Origin: an uncultured Dehalococcoidia bacterium
GTDB taxonomy: Bacteria; Chloroflexota; Dehalococcoidia; Lucifugimonadales; UBA826
Reading direction: 5' to 3'
Length of the DNA stretch: 64,000 nucleotides
Assembly: GCA_964500645.1 (NCBI GenBank)
Contig: CAZCOH010000005.1
Location: 5,297-69,296 of the forward strand
Shown: positions 27,879 through 37,329 of the stretch, one piece after another
How the letters are laid out: the number at the start of each line of letters is the position of its first letter
How positions within the stretch are numbered: the first letter of the stretch is position 1
Notes under the pieces: model-generated
Seen by the model: only the letters and a program-made list of their open reading frames with translations
Told to the model about the DNA's origin: nothing
The model's database searches: none
Made by a program: the position numbers and the translations under genes

Positions 27879-29138
27879 TCATACGGCTGATCCAGCAGTA
27901 AATCCTGAACTCCAAGCCCACTGGAAGTTATAGCCTCCCAAGTGACCGCTCACATCAACCACTTCTCCAATAAAATAAAGTCCTGGACAATTTTTGTATT
28001 CCATAGTCCTGGAATCCAACTCTTTAGTACTCACACCGCCAACAGTAACTTCTGCAGTTCTATATCCTTCGGTTCCAGTGGGATTTAAAGTCCAAGACTT
28101 GATATAACCCGATATCCTTTCTATTAATTGCTTAGGTAGTTGTTCTATAGGAATTTCAGAATGAGATCCCCACAATGCTTCCTCCAATATACTAACTAGC
28201 GATCTAGGCAACATATTAGAAAGATATGTTCGAAGGAGCTTTTTATTGCCTCTATTTTTTTCAAAATATAAATCATCAAGAAGTTCCACATCTGGCAAGA
28301 GATCTATCTTAACAATGTCACCGTGATTCCAATAACTTGAAGCCTGTAAAACGGCAGGGCCGCTCAGCCCTTTATGGGTAAATAACATGTCATCCTTAAA
28401 TTCGACGTTTCCAACCCTGATCAATACGGGAATTGACACTCCCGATAGTTCGGAAGAAAAAACCCTGTTTTTAGCTCCCAGAGTAAATGGCACGAGACCA
28501 GGTTTTGTATTTGTAACATCAATAGAGAAGTTCTTAGCTACTTCGTATCCAAATCCACTTCCCCCAAGAGTAGGTACAGAAAGTGCGCCTGTTGCTACGA
28601 TTAGAGAATTAGAAGCAAAAGAAAGAGTGCCTTTCTTTTTTCGATCATTTAATTCGCCTTTTAGCTTAAATGTAGGTCCACTATCCTCCTCACGGATAAC
28701 CCCTTCCCTATTTTCTAAAATTGCATGACTAATTGTCTTTATCAGGACATTGGTAACAATTTCAACCCCCGCGGCATCACATTCTTTCAATAACATATTT
28801 AGAATATCTCTAGAAGATCCTTCGCAGAAGAATTGATTATTACGCCGTTCAACATAGGAAATTTTATGCTTATTTACTAAAGCTATGAAATCATTTGGAC
28901 TATATTTACTAAAGGCAGATCTACAGAAGTTTAGATTCTCAGATATAAAATCATCATAGTCGACAAATCTATTTGTAAAATTACAATGCCCCCCTCCAGA
29001 CATTAAAATTTTTTTGCCAACCATGTTTGATTTTTCGAGGATGATTACTCGGAGGTTTTTTTTAGCCGCCGTAAAGGCGGCCATTAAGCCAGCAGCACCC
29101 CCTCCCAAAACAATCACATCATAGCTTTGGATTTTCAT
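27879..29138 (-). CDS. HI0933/BaiN-type NAD(P)/FAD-dependent oxidoreductase
   Basis: 419-aa ORF. YDVIVLGGGAAGLMAA, KILMSGGGHCNFTN and the C-terminal GGYNFQWAWSSG are typical of this flavoprotein family. Confidence 0.85.
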   Translation of the reverse strand: MKIQSYDVIVLGGGAAGLMAAFTAAKKNLRVIILEKSNMVGKKILMSGGGHCNFTNRFVDYDDFISENLNFCRSAFSKYSPNDFIALVNKHKISYVERRNNQFFCEGSSRDILNMLLKECDAAGVEIVTNVLIKTISHAILENREGVIREEDSGPTFKLKGELNDRKKKGTLSFASNSLIVATGALSVPTLGGSGFGYEVAKNFSIDVTNTKPGLVPFTLGAKNRVFSSELSGVSIPVLIRVGNVEFKDDMLFTHKGLSGPAVLQASSYWNHGDIVKIDLLPDVELLDDLYFEKNRGNKKLLRTYLSNMLPRSLVSILEEALWGSHSEIPIEQLPKQLIERISGYIKSWTLNPTGTEGYRTAEVTVGGVSTKELDSRTMEYKNCPGLYFIGEVVDVSGHLGGYNFQWAWSSGFTAGSAV

Positions 29139-29310
29139 GAATCCATCTCACTTTATTGTCTATGCGCTCGAATAACCTAAATATCTTTATTCTCTCTAGG
29201 ATTCAATCTGAAAGATAACTTGACTGATTCTAAGGATAACTGTTAACTGATGAAACAAACAAAAATTTCAATACAAATACAATCTTAAAGTTTTACCTGA
29301 GGAGATCCTT

Positions 29311-30159
29311 ATGTCTAGTGAATATCAAAAAATCCTTTACAACATCGAAGATCGAATTGCTCGAATTACTCTCAATGCTCCCGAAAAAAGGAATGCGCTG
29401 TCCTTTGAAATGAGGGACGAACTAATAAACGCACTTAAGCGGGCTGAAGCTGACGACGAAGTAAGCATAGTACTAATTGATGCTTCAGGACCATCGTTTT
29501 GTTCTGGATACGATCTTTCCCCGAGGGATCCAAATTACAAAAAGAATGGTTGGGTCGAATCAAAGTATTTTGATAATTGGACAGATCAGTTTGCTAGAAG
29601 CTGCGCCAGAGACTGGCTCACAATATGGGATCTATTAAAGCCAGTGGTTGCCAAAGTCCATGGTCATTGTGTTGCCGGAGGAACAGAAATTTTATCTATG
29701 GTGGACATAGCTTTTGTATCTGACGAGGCTAGAATAGGCTACCCTCCCATGAGAGGTATGACTACACCCGACACACTATATTTCCCATGGAAAATGTCTA
29801 TGGCCAGGGCAAAGTACTTACAACTTACCGGAAATTCCGTAACAGGACGGGAGGCCGCCGAAATGGGTTGGGTCGCTAAGTCTTTCCCCGAAAAATCCCT
29901 GGAAGAGGAAGTGATGAGAGAATTAAGGCCAATGGCACAAATCGCTCCGGATCTGATATCTGCAAATAAGCAATCACTAAATCAGGCGTATGAGATTATG
30001 GGATTTAAAACTGCTCTCTCAATGGGTTGGTCATGGCACACACTTTCTGGACATGTTCGACCAGGAGCAGGCGATTTCGGTGACGCAATGAGAGAAGGAG
30101 GACTCAAGAATGCCCTAGAATGGAGAGATGGAGCCTACAAGAACGAAGGTTTTGTATAA
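29311..30159 (+). CDS. enoyl-CoA hydratase/isomerase (crotonase) family protein
   Basis: 282-aa ORF with the crotonase fold pattern ITLNAPEKRNAL, GPSFCSGYDL, KVHGHCVAGGTE. GGAG lies upstream. Confidence 0.85.
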   Translation: MSSEYQKILYNIEDRIARITLNAPEKRNALSFEMRDELINALKRAEADDEVSIVLIDASGPSFCSGYDLSPRDPNYKKNGWVESKYFDNWTDQFARSCARDWLTIWDLLKPVVAKVHGHCVAGGTEILSMVDIAFVSDEARIGYPPMRGMTTPDTLYFPWKMSMARAKYLQLTGNSVTGREAAEMGWVAKSFPEKSLEEEVMRELRPMAQIAPDLISANKQSLNQAYEIMGFKTALSMGWSWHTLSGHVRPGAGDFGDAMREGGLKNALEWRDGAYKNEGFV

Positions 30160-30213
30160 ATCACGTTGACTCGTAGGTAATCAACCTAAGCGTTTTTGAA
30201 GTCTCAATATGAC

Positions 30214-31083
30214 TTAATGGATTTCGTTTCCTTTTGGACCGGAACTGTGTTTACGTTGTTTGAACCCTCTCATTACTATCTTCGTTCTGAGAGTTGTAAA
30301 TGAGAGGAATAAGACGAAGACTCCCGCGGAAAACAGTACAACAGATGCTCCTGATGAAACATCGATATAGAAGCTCATATATAAGCCTCCCAGCCCGCAT
30401 AAGGCTCCTATGACAACCGAGAAAATTAGCATTTTGTGAAAATTGTTTGTTAATAATTGTGCTGTAACTGGAGGTATTACAATAGCCGCAGCTAACATAG
30501 TTACCCCGAGAACTTGAAGTGACACAACGATAATTGCGGCTAACAACAGAGCAAATCCGGCATCGACCCAGCCGGTTGGCACACCATACAACCCAGCCAC
30601 CTCAGATTCAAATGTGGTAAATAATAAATACTTATAGCCAACAAAAATTGCTACGACTGCTATGATCGTCACCACAACTATAGCAAGAAGATCTGTTTCA
30701 GTAATCCCTAAAATATTCCCAAATAATGCGGCGTCGAAACTTCGAGTAAAACTCTTAAATTTGCTAATTAATGCCACCCCAAGTGCAAAACTAGCCGTAG
30801 TTACGATCCCAATAGCAGCATCTGCGTTAATCCCTCGCTTCTTTGCGGTCAAATTGATTAACAGAGCCGAAATAAAGCCCCACAGACTCGCGCCTACAAA
30901 GAAATTTATTGAGAGTACATAGCTTGTTACCGCACCACCAAAGATTGCGTGCGATAGTCCGTGGCCAATATATGACATTCTCCTGAGAACGATATAGACG
31001 CCTATTAAACCGCAGAGCCCTCCAACTAGAGTCGCAACTATAAGTCCTCTTACAAAAAATTCATATTGTAGGGGAGCAAACAA
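30214..31083 (-). CDS. metal (Zn/Mn/Fe) ABC transporter permease, ABC-3 family
   Basis: 289-aa polytopic membrane ORF resembling the ZnuB/MntB/TroC family. It is the last gene of the SBP-ATPase-permease operon. Confidence 0.85.
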   Translation of the reverse strand: MFAPLQYEFFVRGLIVATLVGGLCGLIGVYIVLRRMSYIGHGLSHAIFGGAVTSYVLSINFFVGASLWGFISALLINLTAKKRGINADAAIGIVTTASFALGVALISKFKSFTRSFDAALFGNILGITETDLLAIVVVTIIAVVAIFVGYKYLLFTTFESEVAGLYGVPTGWVDAGFALLLAAIIVVSLQVLGVTMLAAAIVIPPVTAQLLTNNFHKMLIFSVVIGALCGLGGLYMSFYIDVSSGASVVLFSAGVFVLFLSFTTLRTKIVMRGFKQRKHSSGPKGNEIH

Positions 31084-31095
31084 ATGGGAATTTTC

Positions 31096-31998
31096 CTAAT
31101 TAGATGATTTTAAATCCGAGTCATTATCTTTATGAGATCTTCCAAAAAAATGTGGCGATTCTGCAACCAATTTCATGCCCATATATTCAGTTACATTAAT
31201 ATCAGCATTATACGTTCTCTTAAGAACTGGAGGAGTAAACACCTCATCAGGTGGTCCCGAAGCGACTATTTCCTTGTTTACACAAACCACCCATGGCAGG
31301 TGGGCTGCCACCGCATTAATTTCATGGGTCGTCATAATAACCGTTACATCTTGGTGATTAAGTTCGTCAAGTAAATGCATAACTTCATCTCTTGTTTTTA
31401 TATCCACCCCTGATGTTGGTTCGTCAAGAAGAAGCAATTTCGGACTGCTAACCAATGCCCTGGCCAAAAAGGCTCTTTGCTGTTGTCCTCCGGATATTTC
31501 CCTAATATGTCGTTTAGCAAGGTCAGCTATCCCAAGCCTTTCCATCATTTCATTCCCCAACTTTTTATCCTCTTTTGGGTGCCAGGGAATCCACCATCTG
31601 TTAGGAGTGCGTCCCATCATCACCACCTGCTCCACGGTAATTGGAAAGTTCCAATCTATGTTCTCCAATTGGGGAACATACCCAATTTCTGGCCTTCCTT
31701 GGGAAAGTGAGCGCCCTTCAATTTTTACGTGTCCGTGATATATATCGACGGCACCAAGAATTGCCCGCAGCAAAGTCGTTTTACCTGATCCGCTAGGACC
31801 CAACAATCCTACGAAATCTCCACGATTAATGTTTAAATTCACGTTAGCCAAAACGGATTCCCCATCATAGCCACACGTCACGTTAGAAAGCTCGACTATT
31901 CGTTCAGGGGTTTCATATTGATGAGGGATTGGATGAAGCAAAGTCTTATTCCGGGTATATTGCCTTGCTTTCCTCTTGGAAAACCAAGTTTGTATCAA
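31096..31998 (-). CDS. metal ABC transporter ATP-binding protein
   Basis: Walker A GPSGSGKTT, signature SGGQQQR, Walker B LLLLDEP. The track TTG start overlaps the SBP gene by 53 nt. An in-frame TTG at 31941, 4 nt after the SBP stop, is an equally plausible start. Confidence 0.88.
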   Translation of the reverse strand: MIQTWFSKRKARQYTRNKTLLHPIPHQYETPERIVELSNVTCGYDGESVLANVNLNINRGDFVGLLGPSGSGKTTLLRAILGAVDIYHGHVKIEGRSLSQGRPEIGYVPQLENIDWNFPITVEQVVMMGRTPNRWWIPWHPKEDKKLGNEMMERLGIADLAKRHIREISGGQQQRAFLARALVSSPKLLLLDEPTSGVDIKTRDEVMHLLDELNHQDVTVIMTTHEINAVAAHLPWVVCVNKEIVASGPPDEVFTPPVLKRTYNADINVTEYMGMKLVAESPHFFGRSHKDNDSDLKSSN

Positions 31999-33019
31999 AT
32001 CCTATCATTGCATCTGCATTCCCACCTAAAGCTGAGACCATTATTTCGACATTAGAAGCCATCAATCCAAGGTATGAATGGCCGGGATCACCTGGTCCAC
32101 CAGGCAAGTCGTCATCTCGAAGTTGATCTATGAATTTTGAACCGCCTTCTTTAGCAATTTGTTCCATAATTGGGCTCGGGAATACGTCTGAGCCAAAGAT
32201 CGCAGGAACATTTGTTTCGCGAACCTGATCGATCAGACGAGCAACTTCTTTCGCAGATGGCTCTCTGAAATCAGATGGCTGTACAGCCCCGATGATTTCT
32301 AGCCCATATCTTGGAGCAAAGAAAGGAAAAGAGTCATGATACGTTAAAAGTTTTCGATTGTTGGCTGGTATCGTCTCCACAGCGGATCGTATTCTTTCGT
32401 CTAGATCATGGATTCTACTTGAAAAACGTTCCAAATTACTTTGAAAGTAAGATGCATTTGCCGGATCTAAATCGGACAATGCTTGAGTGACTAATTCAGC
32501 ATACTTTAAAGCTAGTATGGGATTAGTCCAAAGATGTGGATTAGGATGACCATCAGATTTTGGGAAAGAAAAATCATAAACCCATTCTTTGGGAGATATT
32601 GCTTTGTCTCCCAACTTCAATATTAATGTTCCGGACTTCGAATTAGCTTCCGCCATTTGAAGAGAAGGTTCCTCAAGATATAACCCATTTAAAATGATTA
32701 AGTCTGCCTGTGACATCAATTTTGCTACAGAAGGAGCTGGTTCGAATGTATGTGAATTGGTCCCCTCTGGTACTATCCCTTCCAGAAGGATTCTATTACC
32801 CCCGATGTTTTCGACAATGCTTGTTATTGGAGAAACAGTGGTTACAACGTAAAAGGGTTCACCATGCACACTAGTAGAATTACTCACAGCAGTATTTTCT
32901 GAATCCGTTAAAACTTCGGCACTATTCTCATTGCAACTCAGAGCACTAGCAATGCTAATTGTCAATATAATGAACGAAAGTGCAACAAGGCCTTTGTTTA
33001 ACAATAGGATTCGTTTCAA
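31946..33019 (-). CDS. metal ABC transporter substrate-binding protein (TroA/ZnuA cluster-9 family)
   Basis: 357-aa ORF with an N-terminal signal/lipoprotein-like segment (ISIASALSC). NPHLW and YHDSFPFF motifs are typical of ZnuA/TroA-type binding proteins. Confidence 0.85.
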   Translation of the reverse strand: MKRILLLNKGLVALSFIILTISIASALSCNENSAEVLTDSENTAVSNSTSVHGEPFYVVTTVSPITSIVENIGGNRILLEGIVPEGTNSHTFEPAPSVAKLMSQADLIILNGLYLEEPSLQMAEANSKSGTLILKLGDKAISPKEWVYDFSFPKSDGHPNPHLWTNPILALKYAELVTQALSDLDPANASYFQSNLERFSSRIHDLDERIRSAVETIPANNRKLLTYHDSFPFFAPRYGLEIIGAVQPSDFREPSAKEVARLIDQVRETNVPAIFGSDVFPSPIMEQIAKEGGSKFIDQLRDDDLPGGPGDPGHSYLGLMASNVEIMVSALGGNADAMIGFDTNLVFQEESKAIYPE

Positions 33020-33207
33020 GATACTTAATAACCAGTTTTTTATTTATGAATGGAAATATTTTATAACTAATCGCCATTTATAGAATAGCTGCATTATCAA
33101 AAATTAGACAACCCTTTCACATAATAACAGTGAAAAATAAACAGTTGTGCAATCTGTTTTTATGCTTCTCTATTACTATGTGAAAGAGATCAAACCTGTT
33201 TCTCAGG

Positions 33208-33960
33208 CTAACGTGTTATGCCGGAAAGGCCACCCTTCAAACCTTCAGTTGCCCAAGGTGCCCAAGGCATAGTGAAAAATTTAAAGCCCTTGGCCACGTA
33301 AAAATTGGGGTCCATATCTGGAGGAATGAAATACATGCCAGGCATAACGTTGTGCCTTTTGCACGCTTCGGCGATCTTGTCTAAACCAGCTTGATAAGTA
33401 TCGCTTTGGTAATCCAATGGAACTCCGAGTTCGATTGACAAATCAGATGGACCTACCAATAACACGTCTATTCCCGATACGCTGAGAATCTCATCGATGT
33501 TATCGATTGCTTGCTGGGTCTCGATCATGGGAACTATCAAGAGATCTCTATTAACAGTGTCGAGATAGTCTCTGTAGTCTTTAGTATCCCCCCAATCCCC
33601 TCGAATACCTGCATTACTTCTATCGCCTTCTGGTGAGTATTTGCACGCACGCACCATCGCTGTGGCCTGAGCTTTATCGTTCACCATTGGGACAATAATC
33701 CCACGGGCCCCGGCGTCTAACGCGAAACAAATCAATTCTGCCCTATTGCCGCTTACTCTCACTATTGGAGCTGTATCCGTACTCTTAGTGGCGGCGATTC
33801 CTGCGTAGAATTCTTTTGGTTCATATGGGGAGTGCTGGGTATCAAAAAGGATGAAATCAAAACCAGCATTAGCTAACATCCCCATATTATCGGCAGCCGG
33901 AGAACCAGCAGTACCAACAACCGTTTTACCGGCCTTGATCTTATCTTTTATCACATTCAT
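33208..33960 (-). CDS. HpcH/HpaI family 2-keto-3-deoxy-acid aldolase
   Basis: 250-aa ORF. GFDFILFDTQHSP, PIVRVSGN, GIIVPMV and VPMIET are class II pyruvate aldolase motifs. Confidence 0.85.
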   Translation of the reverse strand: MNVIKDKIKAGKTVVGTAGSPAADNMGMLANAGFDFILFDTQHSPYEPKEFYAGIAATKSTDTAPIVRVSGNRAELICFALDAGARGIIVPMVNDKAQATAMVRACKYSPEGDRSNAGIRGDWGDTKDYRDYLDTVNRDLLIVPMIETQQAIDNIDEILSVSGIDVLLVGPSDLSIELGVPLDYQSDTYQAGLDKIAEACKRHNVMPGMYFIPPDMDPNFYVAKGFKFFTMPWAPWATEGLKGGLSGITR

Positions 33961-34185
33961 TCAACAAACCTCCGTTTATCTGTTTGTACAAGATTCGTCT
34001 GTAGTTTACGACAAGTTGATCATTCACACGAGTCCACTAACCGTGATCCATTAAGAGCCCCATACGGCGTTAGGCGGTATTCGCCCTTAAATTGTCTTTT
34101 AAGTTATGATCCTATGGCCAATAATTTAACAGGATTTTACATTAGTCCGACCGTTTGAAATCAGAATGCTAATTGGAGGTAGAAA

Positions 34186-35283
34186 ATGGCAGAACATAAA
34201 TTAATCTCCCTTAATGATTATGAAGAGCTGGCATATCGTAAGATGTCAAAGGAGCTCTCGGATTACGTACGAGCCGGCGCTCAGGATGAAATAACTCTTC
34301 GTTTAAACCGATCTGACTTTAGTGATATAACCGTAAATCCTAGAATTTTTAGAGATGTTAATACTCGGGATCTTTCTACTACAGCCCTGGGAACCCCGAT
34401 ATCTCTGCCAATCATGATAACTCCTGCTGGTGGACAACTGCACCTTCATTCAGAGGGCGAATTAGCGACAGCTCGGGCGGCAAACGCACATGGCACTATT
34501 TATTCCACACCTACGAATTCGGGAAAATCTCTCGAGAGTATCGCTGAAGAGACTACTGGGCCAAAATGGTTCCAAATCGGTCAACACACTAGGGAGATTC
34601 AAGAACATTTCGTAAAGAGAGCCGAAGCCGCTGGTTATAAGGCAATAATACTAACGGCCGACACCCCAATACCCAGCCGAAGGGAAAGTGAGATTCGAAA
34701 CGACTTTTCTATCCAGGATCATCTAAGTTGGGGTAGCATCGAAGGCCACGAAGAGTTTTTGCTATCTGACCCCGATTTGCATGCCTACATATATGGTGGA
34801 TCCGATAAAAACCAGGGATCGGCTGGCACTGGAGACAAATCTATGAATTGGGATGACATGGAATGGTTTAGGAGTATAACCAACCTCCCAATAGTTATAA
34901 AAGGAGTCAGACATATCGACGATGCTAGAAAATGTGTAGATGCCGGATTTCAGGGAATTACTATTTCAAACCATGGAGCACGTCACATGGATGGCAACAA
35001 ATCGTCCATAAAGGTTTTATCTGAGATAGCTCCCGAAGTCTCAGACAAAATAGAAGTATTTTTCGATTCCGGTATACGACGTGGCATGGATATCGCCAAG
35101 GCCCTAAGCCTCGGAGCCCAAGCTGTTCTTATTGGACGGCCTCTTTTTTGGGGACTCGCGGTTGATGGAGAATCAGGTGTTTTCAATGTTATAGATATAC
35201 TGAAGACGGAACTAGATTTAGCAATAGCATATCTGGGAGTGAAAAAGGTAACGGACTTAGACGAATCGTACATAAATTCTTAG
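34186..35283 (+). CDS. FMN-dependent alpha-hydroxy-acid oxidase/dehydrogenase (glycolate oxidase / L-lactate dehydrogenase LldD family)
   Basis: 365-aa ORF. LPIMITPAG, ILTADTPIPSRRE, ISNHGARHMDG and VFFDSGIRRGMDIAKALSLGAQAVLIGRP are present. Confidence 0.88.
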   Translation: MAEHKLISLNDYEELAYRKMSKELSDYVRAGAQDEITLRLNRSDFSDITVNPRIFRDVNTRDLSTTALGTPISLPIMITPAGGQLHLHSEGELATARAANAHGTIYSTPTNSGKSLESIAEETTGPKWFQIGQHTREIQEHFVKRAEAAGYKAIILTADTPIPSRRESEIRNDFSIQDHLSWGSIEGHEEFLLSDPDLHAYIYGGSDKNQGSAGTGDKSMNWDDMEWFRSITNLPIVIKGVRHIDDARKCVDAGFQGITISNHGARHMDGNKSSIKVLSEIAPEVSDKIEVFFDSGIRRGMDIAKALSLGAQAVLIGRPLFWGLAVDGESGVFNVIDILKTELDLAIAYLGVKKVTDLDESYINS

Positions 35284-35315
35284 AGTATCATGCCGCATTT
35301 TTCAAATGAAAATGA

Positions 35316-35392
35316 TGGTGACCCCAGCGGGATTCGAACCCGCGATCTCCGCCTTGAAAGGGCAGTGTCCTGGACCGCTAGACGATGGGGCC
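35316..35392 (-). tRNA. tRNA-Glu (anticodon UUC), CCA encoded
   Basis: The reverse complement reads GGCCCCATCGTCTAGCGGTCCAGGACACTGCCCTTTCAAGGCGGAGATCGCGGGTTCGAATCCCGCTGGGGTCACCA. The cloverleaf folds by hand, with anticodon loop CUUUCAA. Confidence 0.92.
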
Positions 35393-35463
35393 AAATAATC
35401 GGCATAAATTAAGCCAACCGTTCTATTCTATTTCCAGATATGTGTTACTGCAACGTCAAACAC

Positions 35464-36495
35464 CTATGGATATAGCGATAGTTGTTGCAATCCGGTTGAT
35501 TCCTCTAACCCACACATTATATTCATGTTCTGAACCGCCTGTCCCGCAGCCCCTTTCACAAGATTGTCTATGCAACTAACCACAATCATTCTTCCTGTCC
35601 TCTCATCAACATTTGGATAAACTCTACAATCATTTCCACCTAATGTTTGCTTCGTCATTGGAGGTGAATCCGTGACTTTAACGAATTCTTCATTTCTATA
35701 GGAAGTCCTATAAATCTCTTTAATGGAGCCCTGTATATCCTTCTCAGATTCTAAAAAGTCTTCATCAATGGAGGCATACGAAGTTGCAAGGATGCCCCTT
35801 GTCATGGGTATAAGATGAGGTACGAAAGTAACCTTAACCTCTTCCCCAGCAGCTTGAGAAAGTTCCTGAGCGATTTCTGGCATGTGACGGTGGCCGTCCA
35901 GGCCATACGCACTAACATTCTCATTTACCTCTGAGTAATGAGTTTTTAAAGACAATCCCCTACCGGCACCTGAAACACCTGACTTAGCATCAATTATTAC
36001 ATTGTTATCTATAATTCCTGCCCTTAATGCAGGTGCGAGGCCTAAAATTGAAGCAGTCGGGTAGCAACCTGGATTAGCCACAATTGAGGAAGTAGATATG
36101 TGTTTTCGATAAATCTCAGGTAACCCGTAAACACTCTCTTCAATCAATTTGGGGGCTGGATGTTCAACCTCATACCATTCTGAATAAACGTCTAAATCCC
36201 TAATCCTAAAATCGGCGCTAATATCTATGCATTTAACACCTTGCCCGGCGACTTCTGCTATCGCGGCGGCACTTGCGGCATGAGGTAAGGCAGAGAAGAC
36301 AAAATCTAAACTCCCTGAAAGTTCAGATTGTATTTCCAGATTCAAATTATCCAAATGAGGAAACACATCCCCAAGTCTTTTACCCGCTCCACTTCGACCA
36401 GTTACGGAAGTGATTTCAACTTCAGGATGAACGCTCAAAATCCTAGCAAGTTCAGCGCCCGCATATCCTGTTACATTTATTATTCCTACCTTCAT
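35464..36495 (-). CDS. argC: N-acetyl-gamma-glutamyl-phosphate reductase
   Basis: MKVGIINVTGYAGAELARIL and ANPGCYPT (active-site Cys). I chose the ATG at 36495, which is preceded by GGAGG. The track ORF extends 11 codons further, to 36528. Confidence 0.92.
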   Translation of the reverse strand: MKVGIINVTGYAGAELARILSVHPEVEITSVTGRSGAGKRLGDVFPHLDNLNLEIQSELSGSLDFVFSALPHAASAAAIAEVAGQGVKCIDISADFRIRDLDVYSEWYEVEHPAPKLIEESVYGLPEIYRKHISTSSIVANPGCYPTASILGLAPALRAGIIDNNVIIDAKSGVSGAGRGLSLKTHYSEVNENVSAYGLDGHRHMPEIAQELSQAAGEEVKVTFVPHLIPMTRGILATSYASIDEDFLESEKDIQGSIKEIYRTSYRNEEFVKVTDSPPMTKQTLGGNDCRVYPNVDERTGRMIVVSCIDNLVKGAAGQAVQNMNIMCGLEESTGLQQLSLYP

Positions 36496-36560
36496 ACTTG
36501 GCCTCCTTTCTAGAAAATCTCGGTCCAATACTCTACACGAAATCGGGTAATTAACGTTAG

Positions 36561-37238
36561 TTAAACTTTACCTCTACTGAAACACATTTGAGCTATTTCA
36601 CACGAGTCACACTTCGGGTACCTAGCCTTACATGTATCTCTACCATGCTTTATAAGAAACATATGAAATTGAAAGACCTCGTGTTCAGGAACTATCCTCT
36701 CAAGGGATTCATGAGCGTCCTCTGCTGTCGTCTTAGGTCCTATTAATCTTAGTCTCTTCGAAACCCTGTGAATATGAGTGTCAACAGGCATCGCTGGCAT
36801 TCCGAAAGAAAAACATAGAATTATCGCGGCAGTTTTTGGCCCCACTCCCTTCAGCCTCGTCAGCCACAGCTTCGCTTCAGCAAGCGGCATTTCCGAAAGA
36901 AAAGTGAGGTCAAAATCCCCTAATTCACTTCTGATTTGGTTAAGGATTTGCTTGATCCTTGGTGCCTTTGACTTTGATAAACCTCCATGACGTATGGTTT
37001 TTTCTATCTCGCCAACGGCGGCGTCAGCGATCGCATCCAAAGTACCAAAATGCATCATGAGACTTTTAAAGGCTCTTTCAGAGTTAAGATCGGACGTATG
37101 TTGCGAAAGAATCGTGTAAACCAATTCTTCACCAGCGTTATACCGGATTTTCCACGGAATAGGTCCATATACATCCATAAATTTCTCTGACAGTTTACAT
37201 ACCAGATTTTTTTTACAGGCAATCGACTTTCTTCCCAC
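36561..37238 (-). CDS. nth: endonuclease III (HhH-GPD DNA glycosylase/lyase with 4Fe-4S cluster)
   Basis: HhH motif LKGVGPKTAAI and a catalytic-region D. The C-terminal C-x6-C-x2-C-x5-C is CKARYPKCDSCEIAQMC. The true start may be the internal ATG at 37178. Confidence 0.88.
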   Translation of the reverse strand: MGRKSIACKKNLVCKLSEKFMDVYGPIPWKIRYNAGEELVYTILSQHTSDLNSERAFKSLMMHFGTLDAIADAAVGEIEKTIRHGGLSKSKAPRIKQILNQIRSELGDFDLTFLSEMPLAEAKLWLTRLKGVGPKTAAIILCFSFGMPAMPVDTHIHRVSKRLRLIGPKTTAEDAHESLERIVPEHEVFQFHMFLIKHGRDTCKARYPKCDSCEIAQMCFSRGKV

Positions 37239-37329
37239 AGCTAACTCCTATAAATATATTTATATTCTCATACCAACACGCTTAGTACTGATAAGATATT
37301 TTGAAATGTAAAAACGGATATATTTTCTT

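Noticed and set aside
33020-33207. Zur/MntR/Fur-type operator upstream of the metal ABC transporter operon
   Set aside because: The AT-rich spacer has only weak partial repeats (AACAGTG / AACAGTTG). I found no convincing palindrome matching a known metalloregulator box.
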